A stretch of DNA of 64,000 bases from Gemmatimonadales bacterium (GTDB lineage: Bacteria; Gemmatimonadota; Gemmatimonadetes; Gemmatimonadales; JACORV01). A program made the position numbers and the translations under genes. This document shows positions 19,627 through 27,199 of the stretch, in pieces. The first letter of the stretch is position 1; every line of letters starts with the position of its first letter. The notes below the pieces were generated by a model, which had not been told where the DNA came from, did not search any database, and was given only the letters and a program-made list of their open reading frames with translations. The stretch covers positions 30,942 through 94,941 of the forward strand of contig DATJUT010000112.1 of assembly GCA_035502185.1 (NCBI GenBank), written 5' to 3'.

Positions 19627-21573
19627 GTGCACATCCGCAACATCGCCATCATTGCGCATGTCGATCACGGGAAGACCACTCTCGTGGACATGATGCTGCG
19701 CCAGGCGGGCGTATTCCGCGCCGGGCAGCAGGTGATGGAGCGCGTGCTGGACAGCAACCCGCTGGAGCGCGAGCGCGGGATCACGATCCTCTCCAAGAAC
19801 ACGGCCGTGCGCTGGGGCGAGGTGAAGATCAACATCGTCGATACGCCGGGCCACGCGGATTTCGGCGGCGAGGTGGAGCGCATCCTGAAGATGGTGGACG
19901 GCGTGCTGCTGCTGGTGGACGCGGCCGAGGGGCCGATGCCGCAGACGCGGTTCGTGACGCGGAAGGCGCTGGCGCTGGGTCTCAAGCCGATCGTCGTCAT
20001 CAACAAGATCGACCGGTCGGACGCCGAGCCGCTCCGGGTGCACGACGAGTGCCTCGAGCTGTTCATGGACCTGGAGGCCTCGACGGCCCAGATCGACGCG
20101 CCGTTCCTGTACGCGTCGAGCCGCTACGGGGTCGCGTTCACGGAGCTGCCCTCCAAGCAGGGTGCAGGGGATAGGGTGTCGGGTGTGGAGGCGTCCGGCT
20201 CGGACAGCCTACCGCCCACACCCTTGCATCCTTTCGTCGTGCCCGGCACGCCGGAGTGGCTCACGGGTGACCTCCGGCCCCTGTTCGCCGCCATCGTCGA
20301 CTACGTGCCCCCGCCGCGTGCGCTCGAGGGCCCGTTCCAGATGTTGGTCTCGACGCTCGACCACTCGCCCTACGTCGGGCGGATCGCGATCGGGAAGATC
20401 GAGCGCGGGTCGGTGCGCCCGGGCCAGACGGTGGCGTTGCTGCCGTGGGGCGAGCCGGGCCTGGTGCCGGAGGGGACGTTCGCGCGGGCGAAGGTCGCGC
20501 AGCTGCACGGCTTCGAAGGGCTGGCGCGGGTGGAGGTCGAGGAGGCGTCGGCGGGGGAGATCGTCGCGCTGTCGGGGCTCGAGGGCATCGAGATCGGGCA
20601 GACGGTCACCGATCCCGAGGCGCCGGAGCGGCTCGCGGGCATCGCGGTCGAGGAGCCGACCATCACGGTGGACTTCTCGGTGAACAACGGGCCGTTCGCC
20701 GGCCGCGACGGCCGGTTCGTCACCAGCCGCCAGATCCGGGAGCGGCTGTTTCGCGAGGTCGAGCGCAACGTCGCGCTCCGGGTCGAGGAGACGGACTCGC
20801 CGGACACCTTCCGGGTGGCCGGCCGCGGCGAGCTGCACCTCGGCATCCTGATGGAGACGATGCGGCGCGAGGGCTACGAGTTCCTCGTCTCGCGGCCCCG
20901 GGTCATCACCCGCGAGGGGCCGAACGGCGAGATGCAGGAGCCGTACGAGGAGCTGGCGATCGACGTCTCCGAGCCGTTCGTCGGCACGGTGATGGAAAAG
21001 CTGGGGCCCCGGCGCGCCGAGCTGATGGACATGAAAAACCCGGGCCACGGCACGGTCCGGATGGCGTTCCGCATCCCCGCGCGGGGCCTGTTCGGCTACC
21101 GGTCGGAGTTCCTGACCGACACGCGCGGCAATGGGATCATGCACCACCGCTTCCTCGAGTACGGCCAGTGGGCCGGCCCGCTCGAGGGCCGCAGCCGGGG
21201 CGTCATGGTCAGCATGATCCAGGGAACCGCGGTGGCCTTCGCGCTGTTCAATCTGCAGGAGCGGGGGGTGCTGTTCGTGCGGCCGACGGAGCCGGTGTAC
21301 GAGGGGATGGTGGTGGGCGAGCACTGCCGGCCGGGGGACCTGGACGTGAACCCGGCCAAGGGCAAGCGTCTCACCAACATGCGCCAGTCCGGGTCGGACG
21401 AGGCCGTCTTGCTGGAACCGCCCCGGGACATTACCCTCGAACTCGCGCTCGAGTACATCGAGGACGACGAGCTGATCGAGGTCACGCCGGGCGCGGTGCG
21501 GCTCAGGAAGCGCGCCCTCGGCCAGAACGAGCGGAAGAAGCTCGCCCGGGCCGCCCGGGCGGTGGCGGACTGA
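19627..21573 (+). CDS. typA: translational GTPase TypA/BipA (carries an extra internal segment)
   Basis: Sequence reads IRNIAIIAHVDHGKTTLVD...DTPGHADFGGEVER...NKIDR, and BipA-type domains III-V and the C-terminal region are present. At 648 aa it is longer than the roughly 600-615 aa I recall for BipA. GTG start at 19627. Confidence 0.95.
   Translation: MHIRNIAIIAHVDHGKTTLVDMMLRQAGVFRAGQQVMERVLDSNPLERERGITILSKNTAVRWGEVKINIVDTPGHADFGGEVERILKMVDGVLLLVDAAEGPMPQTRFVTRKALALGLKPIVVINKIDRSDAEPLRVHDECLELFMDLEASTAQIDAPFLYASSRYGVAFTELPSKQGAGDRVSGVEASGSDSLPPTPLHPFVVPGTPEWLTGDLRPLFAAIVDYVPPPRALEGPFQMLVSTLDHSPYVGRIAIGKIERGSVRPGQTVALLPWGEPGLVPEGTFARAKVAQLHGFEGLARVEVEEASAGEIVALSGLEGIEIGQTVTDPEAPERLAGIAVEEPTITVDFSVNNGPFAGRDGRFVTSRQIRERLFREVERNVALRVEETDSPDTFRVAGRGELHLGILMETMRREGYEFLVSRPRVITREGPNGEMQEPYEELAIDVSEPFVGTVMEKLGPRRAELMDMKNPGHGTVRMAFRIPARGLFGYRSEFLTDTRGNGIMHHRFLEYGQWAGPLEGRSRGVMVSMIQGTAVAFALFNLQERGVLFVRPTEPVYEGMVVGEHCRPGDLDVNPAKGKRLTNMRQSGSDEAVLLEPPRDITLELALEYIEDDELIEVTPGAVRLRKRALGQNERKKLARAARAVAD
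20160..20231. repeat. G-rich palindromic repeat embedded in-frame in typA
   Basis: Imperfect inverted arms GGATAGGGTGTCGGGTGTGG (20169-20188) and CCCACACCCTTGCATCC (20215-20231). It shares GGGTGTCGGGTGT, and AAGGGTGTGGGC in reverse complement, with the intergenic repeat at 56413-56446. There are four G3+ runs at 20160-20183. Confidence 0.7.
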
Positions 21574-21890
21574 TGTCATCGGAGTCCCATGGCCGGCCCG
21601 AACCTACTCTGGAGGGTGGGATGAACGCGCGCAGGGCGTCGGAGCCGCGGGTCGTGATGCGCGGGCGTCGCGGAGACGACGACGAGGAGAAGGAGTTCGA
21701 GGACCTCGACGAGTTCGACGAGAACGCGGAGTTCGAGGACGAGGATCTCGACGAGGAGGAGTACGACGAGGAGCTGGACGAGGAAGAAGAGGACTTCGAC
21801 GACTTCGAGGAGCTGGACGAGGAATACGACGACGACGACGCGGTGCCCCGCCGCGGCGGCGGCCGCCCGCGGCGGGAGTGGGACGCGTGA
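21573..21890 (+). CDS. small, highly acidic protein (105 aa), hypothetical
   Basis: The ATG overlaps the typA stop (TGATG). Sequence is MSSESHGRPEPTLEGGMNARRASEPRVVMRGRRGDDDEEKEFEDLDEFDENAEFEDEDLDEEEYDEELDEEEEDFDDFEELDEEYDDDDAVPRRGGGRPRREWDA. D/E runs with G/C-ending codons are not what shadow frames look like in this DNA, where they are R/A/G/P-rich. I recognise no family. Confidence 0.55.
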   Translation: MSSESHGRPEPTLEGGMNARRASEPRVVMRGRRGDDDEEKEFEDLDEFDENAEFEDEDLDEEEYDEELDEEEEDFDDFEELDEEYDDDDAVPRRGGGRPRREWDA

Positions 21891-21968
21891 TGAACCTGGT
21901 TGTGAGGGTGCAGCCGGCAAAGGGGGAAGACCCGTCCCCTGGCAACTTGCCGTCTGGCAACTTGGAGC

Positions 21969-22042
<74 letters not shown>

Positions 22043-22055
22043 CTGCGCGCAACCT

Positions 22056-22093
22056 GAAGCCCCGCTCGGTCGTCCACGACTGAGCGGGGCTTC
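22056..22093 (+). terminator. hairpin terminator after tRNA-Ile
   Basis: Arms GAAGCCCCGCTC ... GAGCGGGGCTTC form a 12-bp perfect stem, with an inner GTCG/CGAC extension. It is followed by TGCTG, a weak U-tract. Confidence 0.6.
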
Positions 22094-22207
22094 TGCTGAG
22101 GCGGGATTGTGGACACCAATCGGTCTCTGCAAGCCATGCCATTCCCGTGGAGAGCCCCCCCGGACGCAGGATGGGGCGCGATGGGTAACGCATCGCCGAC
22201 CGTTTAG

Positions 22208-22269
22208 CTACTAAATCAATAGTTGACAAGCCGGGCGGCCGCTCCTACCATCTACTAGCACATTAGTAG
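22208..22269 (+). promoter_or_regulatory. putative sigma70-type promoter flanked by two dyad operators upstream of the BlaI-family gene
   Basis: This is an AT-richer island. The promoter is TTGACA (22223-22228), a 17-nt spacer, then TACCAT (22246-22251). Dyad 1 is CTACTA-AATCAA-TAGTTG (22208-22225, one mismatch) and overlaps the -35. Dyad 2 is CTACTA-GCACAT-TAGTAG (22252-22269, perfect) and lies just after the -10. Confidence 0.5.
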
Positions 22270-22281
22270 CTGGGGGGAGCG

Positions 22282-22656
22282 GTGGCTATCGCCCTGACGG
22301 ATCGCGAGCTCGACGTGATGGCCGTGCTGTGGGAGCGCGGCTCCGGGACCGTGGCCGAGGTCCGGGACGCCCTGCACGACGAGCTGGCCTATACGACCGT
22401 GCTCACCGTGCTGCGGATCCTGGAGGCCAAGGGACATGTGCGGCACGAGGGAGAAGGCAGGGCCCATCGCTACTTCGCGCTCGTTCCGGAGCGCGTCGCG
22501 CGACGGGGCGCCGTCCGGCAGCTCGTCGACCGGTTCTTCAGCGGATCGCCGGAGCTCCTGCTCACCGAGCTGGTCGGCGAGCGCGTGCTGAGCAGAGCGG
22601 ACCTGCGACGGCTGCGGCGGCTGCTCGACGCTCGGATCAAGGGAGGGCGGCCATGA
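22282..22656 (+). CDS. BlaI/MecI/CopY-family transcriptional repressor
   Basis: 124 aa. Sequence reads LTDRELDVMAVLWERGSGTVAEVRDAL...YTTVLTVLRILEAKGHVRHEGEGRAHRY. GTG start is preceded by GGGGGGAG. Confidence 0.9.
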   Translation: MAIALTDRELDVMAVLWERGSGTVAEVRDALHDELAYTTVLTVLRILEAKGHVRHEGEGRAHRYFALVPERVARRGAVRQLVDRFFSGSPELLLTELVGERVLSRADLRRLRRLLDARIKGGRP

Positions 22657-24275
22657 TCGCGATCTGGATGCTCTACGCGTCGGCCCTCAGCCTGTGCTTC
22701 GGCCTTGCCGCCCTCGCACTGGAGCGCGCCGCGAGACTGTGGGCGAGGCCCCGTCGCTTCCTCTGGGCGGTGGCCATCGCGGCGTCGCTGCTCGTGCCCG
22801 TGGCCGGGCTGATGATCCCCGGCGTCCCCGTTCCTCCACGCGTCGCACCGGGATCGGTGCTGGTCGAGGACCTCGTCGTCGGGCCGCCGCCGGCGAGCAG
22901 GGCGGCCCCGGTGGGCGTCTCCCGCACCCAGCGGAAGATCGGCCCGCTGATTGCCTCCCTGAGCCGGCCGCTGCTGCTGCTGTGGGCCGGTGCCTCACTC
23001 GCGCTGGCGCTCGGCCTGCTTCGAGCCGGCGTCACTCTCCGGCGCCGGGCGCGCGGGTGGCACGCGGCCGTCGTGGACGGAACGGAGGTGCTGGTAGCGC
23101 CCGATCTCGGGCCTGCCGTCGTGCGGCTGGGAGGCTTGCGGGTCGTGCTCCCGGAATGGGCCCTGGCGGCGGAGCCGGCAGCGCGCTCGCTGATGCTGCT
23201 GCACGAGAACGAACATCGCGCCGCGCGCGACCCGGATCTCCTGCTCGGCGCCACGGTGGCGCTGATGCTCGTGCCGTGGGCCCTCCCCCTGTGGTGGCAG
23301 GTGCGCCGGCTGCAGCTCGCCGTCGAGACCGACTGCGATGGCCGGGTGATGCGTGCCGGCGCCGACGCGCACGCCTACGGTGTGCTGCTGCTCAGCGTCG
23401 GCGCCCGCTCGACGAGCCAGCCGCTGCTCGCCCCCACCGCATTCTCGGAAGCGCGCACGTTGCTGGAAAGGAGGATCGAGGCCATGACATCTCCCAGCCC
23501 GAAGTGGCGTCTGGTCCGGACTGCGCTCGCCACGGGTGCGGGCACGCTCGTCGTCGCGGCCGCCTGCATGACGCCGCGGCCGGCACCGGCGCCGACTCCG
23601 CAGCGAGAACGGGTGTATGCGGAAGATTCGGTGACGGAACGGCCGCGGATGCTCCACCACCCGCAGCTGGCATACCCGGACAGTCTCAAGGCAGCGGGCA
23701 TCGGCGGCCACGTGCTCCTCGAGGCCGTCATCGACACGACCGGGCGTGTGGACTCTGGTTCCGTACGTACCGTGTCGAGCTCGCATCCGGCGTTCGAGGC
23801 CGTGGCGCGCGACGTAGTGGTAGCCACCACCTTCCGTCCGGGGCGGCTCGACGGACGCGCCGTAGCGGTGCGGGTCCGGATCCCGTTCAACTTCTCGGTC
23901 ACGCCCGGCCCTCCCGCACCTCAGCCTCCGCCGGGGGTGTACCGGGAGGATTCGGTCACGGAACGGCCACGGCTGCTCAGCCGCCCGCCGCTGACGTTCC
24001 CGGACAGTCTCCGCGCGTTCGGCGACAGTCTCCGCGAGTCCGGCGTGAGCTACCGCGTGTACGTCGAGGCGATCGTGGACTCGACCGGGCATGCCGACGC
24101 CGGGTCGGTACGCATCCTGGCGAGTTGGCATCCGGGGTTCGATGCCGCCGCGCGGGCGGCCGTCATCGCGTCCACCTACGCGCCAGGTCGTATCGGCGGG
24201 CGCGCCGTACCGGTGATGATCAGGTTCCCGATCGAGGTTGAGCCTCCGTCCGCGCCGGCACCACAGCATCGTTGA
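22653..24275 (+). CDS. M56 (BlaR1-like) membrane metalloprotease fused to two TonB C-terminal-like domains
   Basis: The ATG overlaps the BlaI stop (ATGA). The N-terminus has TM segments. A HExxH motif lies in LLHENEHRAARD. The C-terminal half has two similar modules (EDSVTERPRMLHHPQLAYPDSLKAAGIGGHVLLEAVIDTTGRVD...GRAVAVRVRIPFNF and EDSVTERPRLLSRPPLTFPDSL...YRVYVEAIVDSTGHAD...GRAVPVMIRFPIEV). There is no penicillin-binding sensor domain. Confidence 0.85.
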   Translation: MIAIWMLYASALSLCFGLAALALERAARLWARPRRFLWAVAIAASLLVPVAGLMIPGVPVPPRVAPGSVLVEDLVVGPPPASRAAPVGVSRTQRKIGPLIASLSRPLLLLWAGASLALALGLLRAGVTLRRRARGWHAAVVDGTEVLVAPDLGPAVVRLGGLRVVLPEWALAAEPAARSLMLLHENEHRAARDPDLLLGATVALMLVPWALPLWWQVRRLQLAVETDCDGRVMRAGADAHAYGVLLLSVGARSTSQPLLAPTAFSEARTLLERRIEAMTSPSPKWRLVRTALATGAGTLVVAAACMTPRPAPAPTPQRERVYAEDSVTERPRMLHHPQLAYPDSLKAAGIGGHVLLEAVIDTTGRVDSGSVRTVSSSHPAFEAVARDVVVATTFRPGRLDGRAVAVRVRIPFNFSVTPGPPAPQPPPGVYREDSVTERPRLLSRPPLTFPDSLRAFGDSLRESGVSYRVYVEAIVDSTGHADAGSVRILASWHPGFDAAARAAVIASTYAPGRIGGRAVPVMIRFPIEVEPPSAPAPQHR

Positions 24276-24492
24276 GGAGTTGTCCCGCCCGGGGCGGAAA
24301 CGCCGCGGGAGACCCGTCGCCCCGCTCGAGCTCAGGTCCTCGGGCGGGGCGCTGTCGTGGCGGGGCGCCCGCTCGGGCGCGGCCCCTCTCGGCCCACGGG
24401 CGCGACCCCGGGGCTTGCCCGCACCGGGGCCGGCGGTAATACGATTCAGGTCGGCGGACGCACCGGCCCCGCCGCGACCGCAAGGAGGAACC

Positions 24493-25059
24493 GTGAGAAT
24501 CACGTTGCTCGCCGTGCTCGGACTCGCCCTTCCCGTCGCCCTCGCCGGCCAGGCGCCGCCGGGGGCCTGCACGCACCGCGGCACCCCCGCCGACCTCGCG
24601 AAGCGGCCCAGCCCTTTGGACTCGGTCGAGGCCACCATCGACGGCGCCGTGGTGAAGGTCTGCTACGGGCGGCCCTCGGCGCGCGGCCGGACCATGCTGG
24701 GGGACGTGCTCCCCTTCGGCACGCCGTGGCGGCTCGGGGCCAACGAGCCCACGCGTTTGTACGTCCCCTTCGCCGCCGACGTGGCCGGGGTGCACGTTCC
24801 GCCGGGGACGTATTCGCTGTACGTGGTCCCCCAGCAGGCGAGCTGGGAAGTGCACGTCAACAAGGTCGTGGACCGCTGGGGCATCCCGATCGACGATCCG
24901 GTTCAGGCCCAGGACGCGGGGAAGGGCACGGTCGCGGTCGAGACACTGGCCACGCCGATCGAGCAGCTCACGATGCGCCTGGTGGCCGGGCCGACCTCCG
25001 CGCTGGTGGTCGAGTGGGAAAAGACCCGTGTCCATATCCCGATCAAGAAGGCGGGCTGA
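24493..25059 (+). CDS. DUF2911 family secreted protein
   Basis: GTG at 24493 is preceded by AAGGAGG. The signal peptide is VRITLLAVLGLALPVALAGQ. Sequence continues ...VCYGRPSARGR...FGTPWRLGANEPT...PGTYSLYVVP. It is a paralogue of the gene at 56437-56961. Confidence 0.75.
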   Translation: MRITLLAVLGLALPVALAGQAPPGACTHRGTPADLAKRPSPLDSVEATIDGAVVKVCYGRPSARGRTMLGDVLPFGTPWRLGANEPTRLYVPFAADVAGVHVPPGTYSLYVVPQQASWEVHVNKVVDRWGIPIDDPVQAQDAGKGTVAVETLATPIEQLTMRLVAGPTSALVVEWEKTRVHIPIKKAG

Positions 25060-25114
25060 CCAAGTGACACGCGCCGCCGGCGCGGTGGCGCGAACCGGCA
25101 CCCGGAGCGACACG

Positions 25115-26368
25115 ATGGACGTCACCCGCCGCGGCCTCCTGGCGAGCCTGGGCGGCCTGGTGGCCGCGACCGCCTGGCCCCGGATCGAGCACGCGCTGCC
25201 GGCGGTCCCGACGACGGGCGCTCAAGGCGGCGGGCTGCCGGTGAGGGGCGACTTCGCCATCCCGCCGGGCCAGGCGTACCTCAACAGCGCCTTCATCCAC
25301 CCGATCCCCGTGGCCGCCGCGGAGGCCGTCCGCGGCTACTTCGACACGCGCACCTTCCGCCAGGAGCGGCGGCGCAGCGGCGATTCGCTCGCGGCGGAGG
25401 TGAAGGCGGAGTTCGCGGCGCTGATCAACGCCCGGCCCACCGAGATCAGCCTGGTCCAGAACACCAGCACGGGCGAGAACCTGGTGGTCAACGGCCTGGG
25501 GATCCCGGCGGGCGCCGGCAACGTGGTCACCGACGCGCTGCACTTCGAGGGCTCGCTGGTCCTGTACGGAGAGCTGGCGAAGCGGGGCCTCGACGTCCGG
25601 CTCGTCCGGCCGCGCGAGTGGCGCATCGAGCTGAACGACCTCGCGCGCGTCGTGGACCGGGGGACCCGGCTGGTCGCGGTGTCGCAGGTGTCGTGGTACA
25701 ACGGCTTCGAGCACGACCTCAAGGCCGTGTGCGACCTGGCGCACGCGCACGGGGCGTACGTGTACGCCGACGTCGTGCAGGCGGCCGGCAACACGCCGCT
25801 CGACGTGAAGGCCGCCGGCCTCGATTTCTGCGCCTGCTCGACGTTCAAGTGGCTGATGGGCGACTTCGGCGTGGGGTTCCTCTACGTGCGGGAGGACCTG
25901 CTCGACACCGTGATCCACCGCACCCAGACCGGCTACCAGCAGGCGGATACCGAGCTGCACTACCTGCCGTCCGATCCGCCCGGCGCCGCGCCGGTGACCT
26001 GGACCCTGCATCCCGACGCGAGCGGGCACTTCGAGGTGGGCACCTACGCGCAGGCCGCGGTGAACGCGCTGGCGGTGTCGCTGCCCTACCTGCGGCGCAT
26101 CGGCGTCGCGAACATCCGGGCCTACCGGCAGCCGCTCCTCCGCCGGCTGCGCGAGGAGCTGCCGCGGCTGGGCTTCACTCCCATCACGCCGCCCGAGACC
26201 ACGTCCGCGCTGATCGCGTTCACCGCGCCGGACGCCGAGCGGCGGTTCGCCGACCGGCTGAAGCAGGCCAGGGTGGCGGTGAGCCTCTCCGGCGACCGGA
26301 TGCGCATCTCGCCGTCCATCTTCAACGGCTCCGACGACGTCGAAGCGCTGCTGAGCGCCCTCTCGTAG
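25115..26368 (+). CDS. aminotransferase class V-fold PLP enzyme with twin-arginine signal
   Basis: MDVTRRGLLASLGGLVAATAWP is Tat-like. The fold matches cysteine-desulfurase / isopenicillin-N-epimerase enzymes. The probable PLP-lysine context is CSTFKWLMG. Confidence 0.82.
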   Translation: MDVTRRGLLASLGGLVAATAWPRIEHALPAVPTTGAQGGGLPVRGDFAIPPGQAYLNSAFIHPIPVAAAEAVRGYFDTRTFRQERRRSGDSLAAEVKAEFAALINARPTEISLVQNTSTGENLVVNGLGIPAGAGNVVTDALHFEGSLVLYGELAKRGLDVRLVRPREWRIELNDLARVVDRGTRLVAVSQVSWYNGFEHDLKAVCDLAHAHGAYVYADVVQAAGNTPLDVKAAGLDFCACSTFKWLMGDFGVGFLYVREDLLDTVIHRTQTGYQQADTELHYLPSDPPGAAPVTWTLHPDASGHFEVGTYAQAAVNALAVSLPYLRRIGVANIRAYRQPLLRRLREELPRLGFTPITPPETTSALIAFTAPDAERRFADRLKQARVAVSLSGDRMRISPSIFNGSDDVEALLSALS

Positions 26369-26616
26369 CCGCTGGTCGAGCCGCGGCCGGCCCGGCGCGC
26401 GCGGAGCCGGCGCCGGCCCCGGCGCCAGGCTGGACGCCGGGGCCCGTCGTTCGCTAACGTGCGTATCCCCCGACCCGGGTCACGCATGATGCCACGCCCG
26501 ATTCCGCGCTCGCCCGATCGCATCGTCGCGGCCGTCCTGGTCGCGGCCGCACCAGTCCGGTGCGCGTCGCGGGCGGGATCGCCTTCGGCGGCTGACGGAT
26601 CCGGAGGAGGCACCCG

Positions 26617-27120
26617 ATGAGCACGCTGCTGTACGGTGCGTTGACGACGCAGAGGCTGCGGGCCGAGCCCGGGACGAGCCTGGACGCGGCACCGCCCGGC
26701 CTCGGGACCTACGTGGACGCGCTCGCGGCACTCGTGCCCGCCGAGGTGCTCGCGCTGCACGGGCTGATCCTCTCGGTCACCACGGCCACGGTGGTGCAGG
26801 ACGGACTCCCGCAGGTGACCATCACGGAGCCCGGGACGCTGCGCTATGCGTTCGTGGGCCTGATCGTGCTGAGCGTCGCGCTGTACCTCGTGCCCCGCTT
26901 CCGGACGCGCGAAAGGCTCGACGTCGGGCGGGCGCTGATCCCCCCGATCGCGTTCGTCGCGTGGACGATGCTGCAGCGGGCGACGGCGTTCGACGCGGTG
27001 TGGCCGACGCTGGGCGGCGCCCCGCGCACCGTGATCGCGCTGTTCGTCGCCGCGGTGCTCGGGATCTTCGCGGCGCGGCTCGCCAAGGACGCCGACCGGA
27101 GCGTGCCCCCGGCGGCGTGA
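26617..27120 (+). CDS. hypothetical membrane protein (about 4 TM segments)
   Basis: GC3 is high throughout. GGAGGAGG lies 6 nt upstream of the ATG. There are hydrophobic segments (LRYAFVGLIVLSVALYLV, TVIALFVAAVLGIFAARL). I recognise no family. Confidence 0.6.
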   Translation: MSTLLYGALTTQRLRAEPGTSLDAAPPGLGTYVDALAALVPAEVLALHGLILSVTTATVVQDGLPQVTITEPGTLRYAFVGLIVLSVALYLVPRFRTRERLDVGRALIPPIAFVAWTMLQRATAFDAVWPTLGGAPRTVIALFVAAVLGIFAARLAKDADRSVPPAA

Positions 27121-27199
27121 CGGCCGCCGGACTCCTCCGGCGGTCACCCGGTGGCGACGGCCCCGGGCCGCTCGCCGAGTGAGGCTCCCCCGGGTCGCC

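Noticed and set aside
21939-21964. A sigma54-type promoter suggested by TGGCA...TTGC in the repeat upstream of the tRNA.
   Set aside because: The GG-to-GC spacing within CTGGCAACTTGC is about 8 nt. The -24/-12 consensus (TGGCAC-N5-TTGC) requires about 12 nt.
26486-26620. A 44-codon ORF (MMPRPIPRSPDRIVAAVLVAAAPVRCASRAGSPSAADGSGGGTR) whose TGA overlaps the ATG of the membrane protein gene at 26617.
   Set aside because: Only about two-thirds of its codons end in G/C, against nearly all in confirmed genes. The sequence is low-complexity with no convincing signal or lipobox, and the region also contains the RBS of the next gene. It remains possible, but I cannot support it.
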